Below the pieces are notes generated by a model. That model was given only the letters and a program-made list of their open reading frames with translations, ran no database searches and was not told where the DNA came from. Below are positions 63,026-64,000 of a stretch of 64,000 nt of DNA, one piece after another (the first letter of the stretch is position 1; each line of letters opens with the position of its first letter). The stretch lies in the sequence record LT603033.1, one strand, 5' to 3'. Both the position numbers and the translations under genes were made by a program.

Positions 63026-63577
63026 ATGATAGACCAAATTAAAATCCTTACAAAGCAAATCACTGATTTTCTTTCTGATAAAGATGGATTTAATACAGAA
63101 GTAAAAATGCACGGTGTTAGTGTTGATGTAATTGCACCAAATGGTAATGTAACAAGTTACGACATGTATGAATTACTTCTTTATACTCTAGCAGTACGTA
63201 AACTAGGTAGTGATATTGAACTCAATATCAATACTGATGAAAGTGGGAATAAAATTTTTGCAATCAACACCAGTGCTAAATTCGATATCAGTACTGAAAT
63301 TAAAAAAATAAATGAAAGTTTTATTGGCTTTAAGCATGAATCAATTCAAAGTGTTTTTATTGGAAAGCAAACTTCTAATAGTGAATGCCCATATTGTGTA
63401 ATGACTTTATATAAAGATGGAAACTGGATGCGTCAAGATTTAGTATTTGCTGAACTTCTGTATGCATTTACACATGAACTTAAAATCGAATTGGACGATA
63501 GTGTTTATTGCTTTAAGAAAATTCGAAATATAACTAAAGATATACAAACCCAACTTAAAGAATTAAATGATAAATAA
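63026..63577 (+). CDS. Hypothetical protein
   Basis: AAGGA SD. Confidence 0.7.
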   Translation: MIDQIKILTKQITDFLSDKDGFNTEVKMHGVSVDVIAPNGNVTSYDMYELLLYTLAVRKLGSDIELNINTDESGNKIFAINTSAKFDISTEIKKINESFIGFKHESIQSVFIGKQTSNSECPYCVMTLYKDGNWMRQDLVFAELLYAFTHELKIELDDSVYCFKKIRNITKDIQTQLKELNDK

Positions 63578-63581
63578 ATAT

Positions 63582-63718
63582 ACCAGAAATGGTTAACATA
63601 TCATGTTACTTTCCTCCCTTACATAATAATGATGCGTTATTATATTTTCATTTTGTTCTTATTCCCCTTTTGGTACAAAATCATTTTAGTACTGCCCCGA
63701 TCTTCGGGGCATTTTTCT
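63582..63718 (+). ncRNA. Candidate small RNA / long structured 3' UTR
   Basis: ATAAATA twice at 63570/63574; 160-nt gap with short hairpins and CU-rich CCUCC segments; terminator GCCCCGA/TCGGGGC plus T tract. Confidence 0.3.
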
Positions 63719-63737
63719 TATCTAAAATTGAGGATAT

Positions 63738-64000
63738 ATGAAGAACAATATTGGAACTTCAATAATTAAACCACTTTCTTATTACCTTGAAAAATTTAGA
63801 AGCACAAATGGTAATAAATTTAATAATATATTTCAGTTCTCTCATAAAGAATATATTACAATTGATCATTTTTCAAAGAAACTAATGTATGTAAATGATA
63901 ATAGTCATATTATTAAATTATCATTCGATATTGAGTTAGATAAATTAACATTTACGGAATACATTAATCAAAAAACTTCTTTTTTATGTCAATACAATAG
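63738..64000 (+). CDS. Hypothetical protein, 3' end lies outside the window
   Basis: GAGGA SD; frame open to the window end. Confidence 0.6.
   Translation, partial: MKNNIGTSIIKPLSYYLEKFRSTNGNKFNNIFQFSHKEYITIDHFSKKLMYVNDNSHIIKLSFDIELDKLTFTEYINQKTSFLCQYN

Noticed and set aside
63589-63741. 50-codon hydrophobic ORF across the candidate sRNA
   Set aside because: No SD and it runs through a strong terminator

Overview
A 64-kb slice of an AT-rich, T4-related jumbo myophage. The gene content resembles the RaK2/GAP32/PBECO4-type phages of enterobacteria; this is inferred from gene content, not from a database search. Almost all genes are on the + strand. The window holds a T4-like replisome and recombination set: the PolB C-terminus, sliding clamp, clamp loader, gp32-like SSB, UvsX/Y/W, primase, helicase, RNase H, Dda-like helicase and a two-subunit topoisomerase II. 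It also has the large terminase, NrdAB, DHFR, RNase HI, head and virion genes, and host-like translation/proteostasis genes (IF-3, ClpS, two GroES, a YggL-like protein). No tRNA, CRISPR array, intron or intein was seen. Main observations: (1) two tandem T4-holin-T-like genes on the - strand are each broken by a +1 frameshift, and both breaks fall at the same in-frame rare codon context, CGG-A, suggesting recoding-controlled lysis; (2) the palindrome AGTACT is strongly over-represented (about 100 copies by manual count, about 20 expected); (3) a minimal DnaE-type polymerase is split into two genes 30 kb apart, exactly between adjacent palm motifs; (4) an uncalled 55-aa Hfq/Sm-like ORF and a candidate anti-SD small RNA; (5) three promoter classes, including a GRGACA-N16-TATAAT class in front of replication genes; (6) a T4-style hairpin that would hide the RBS of a late gene. 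All homology calls come from motif recognition by eye and need HMM or structure confirmation.
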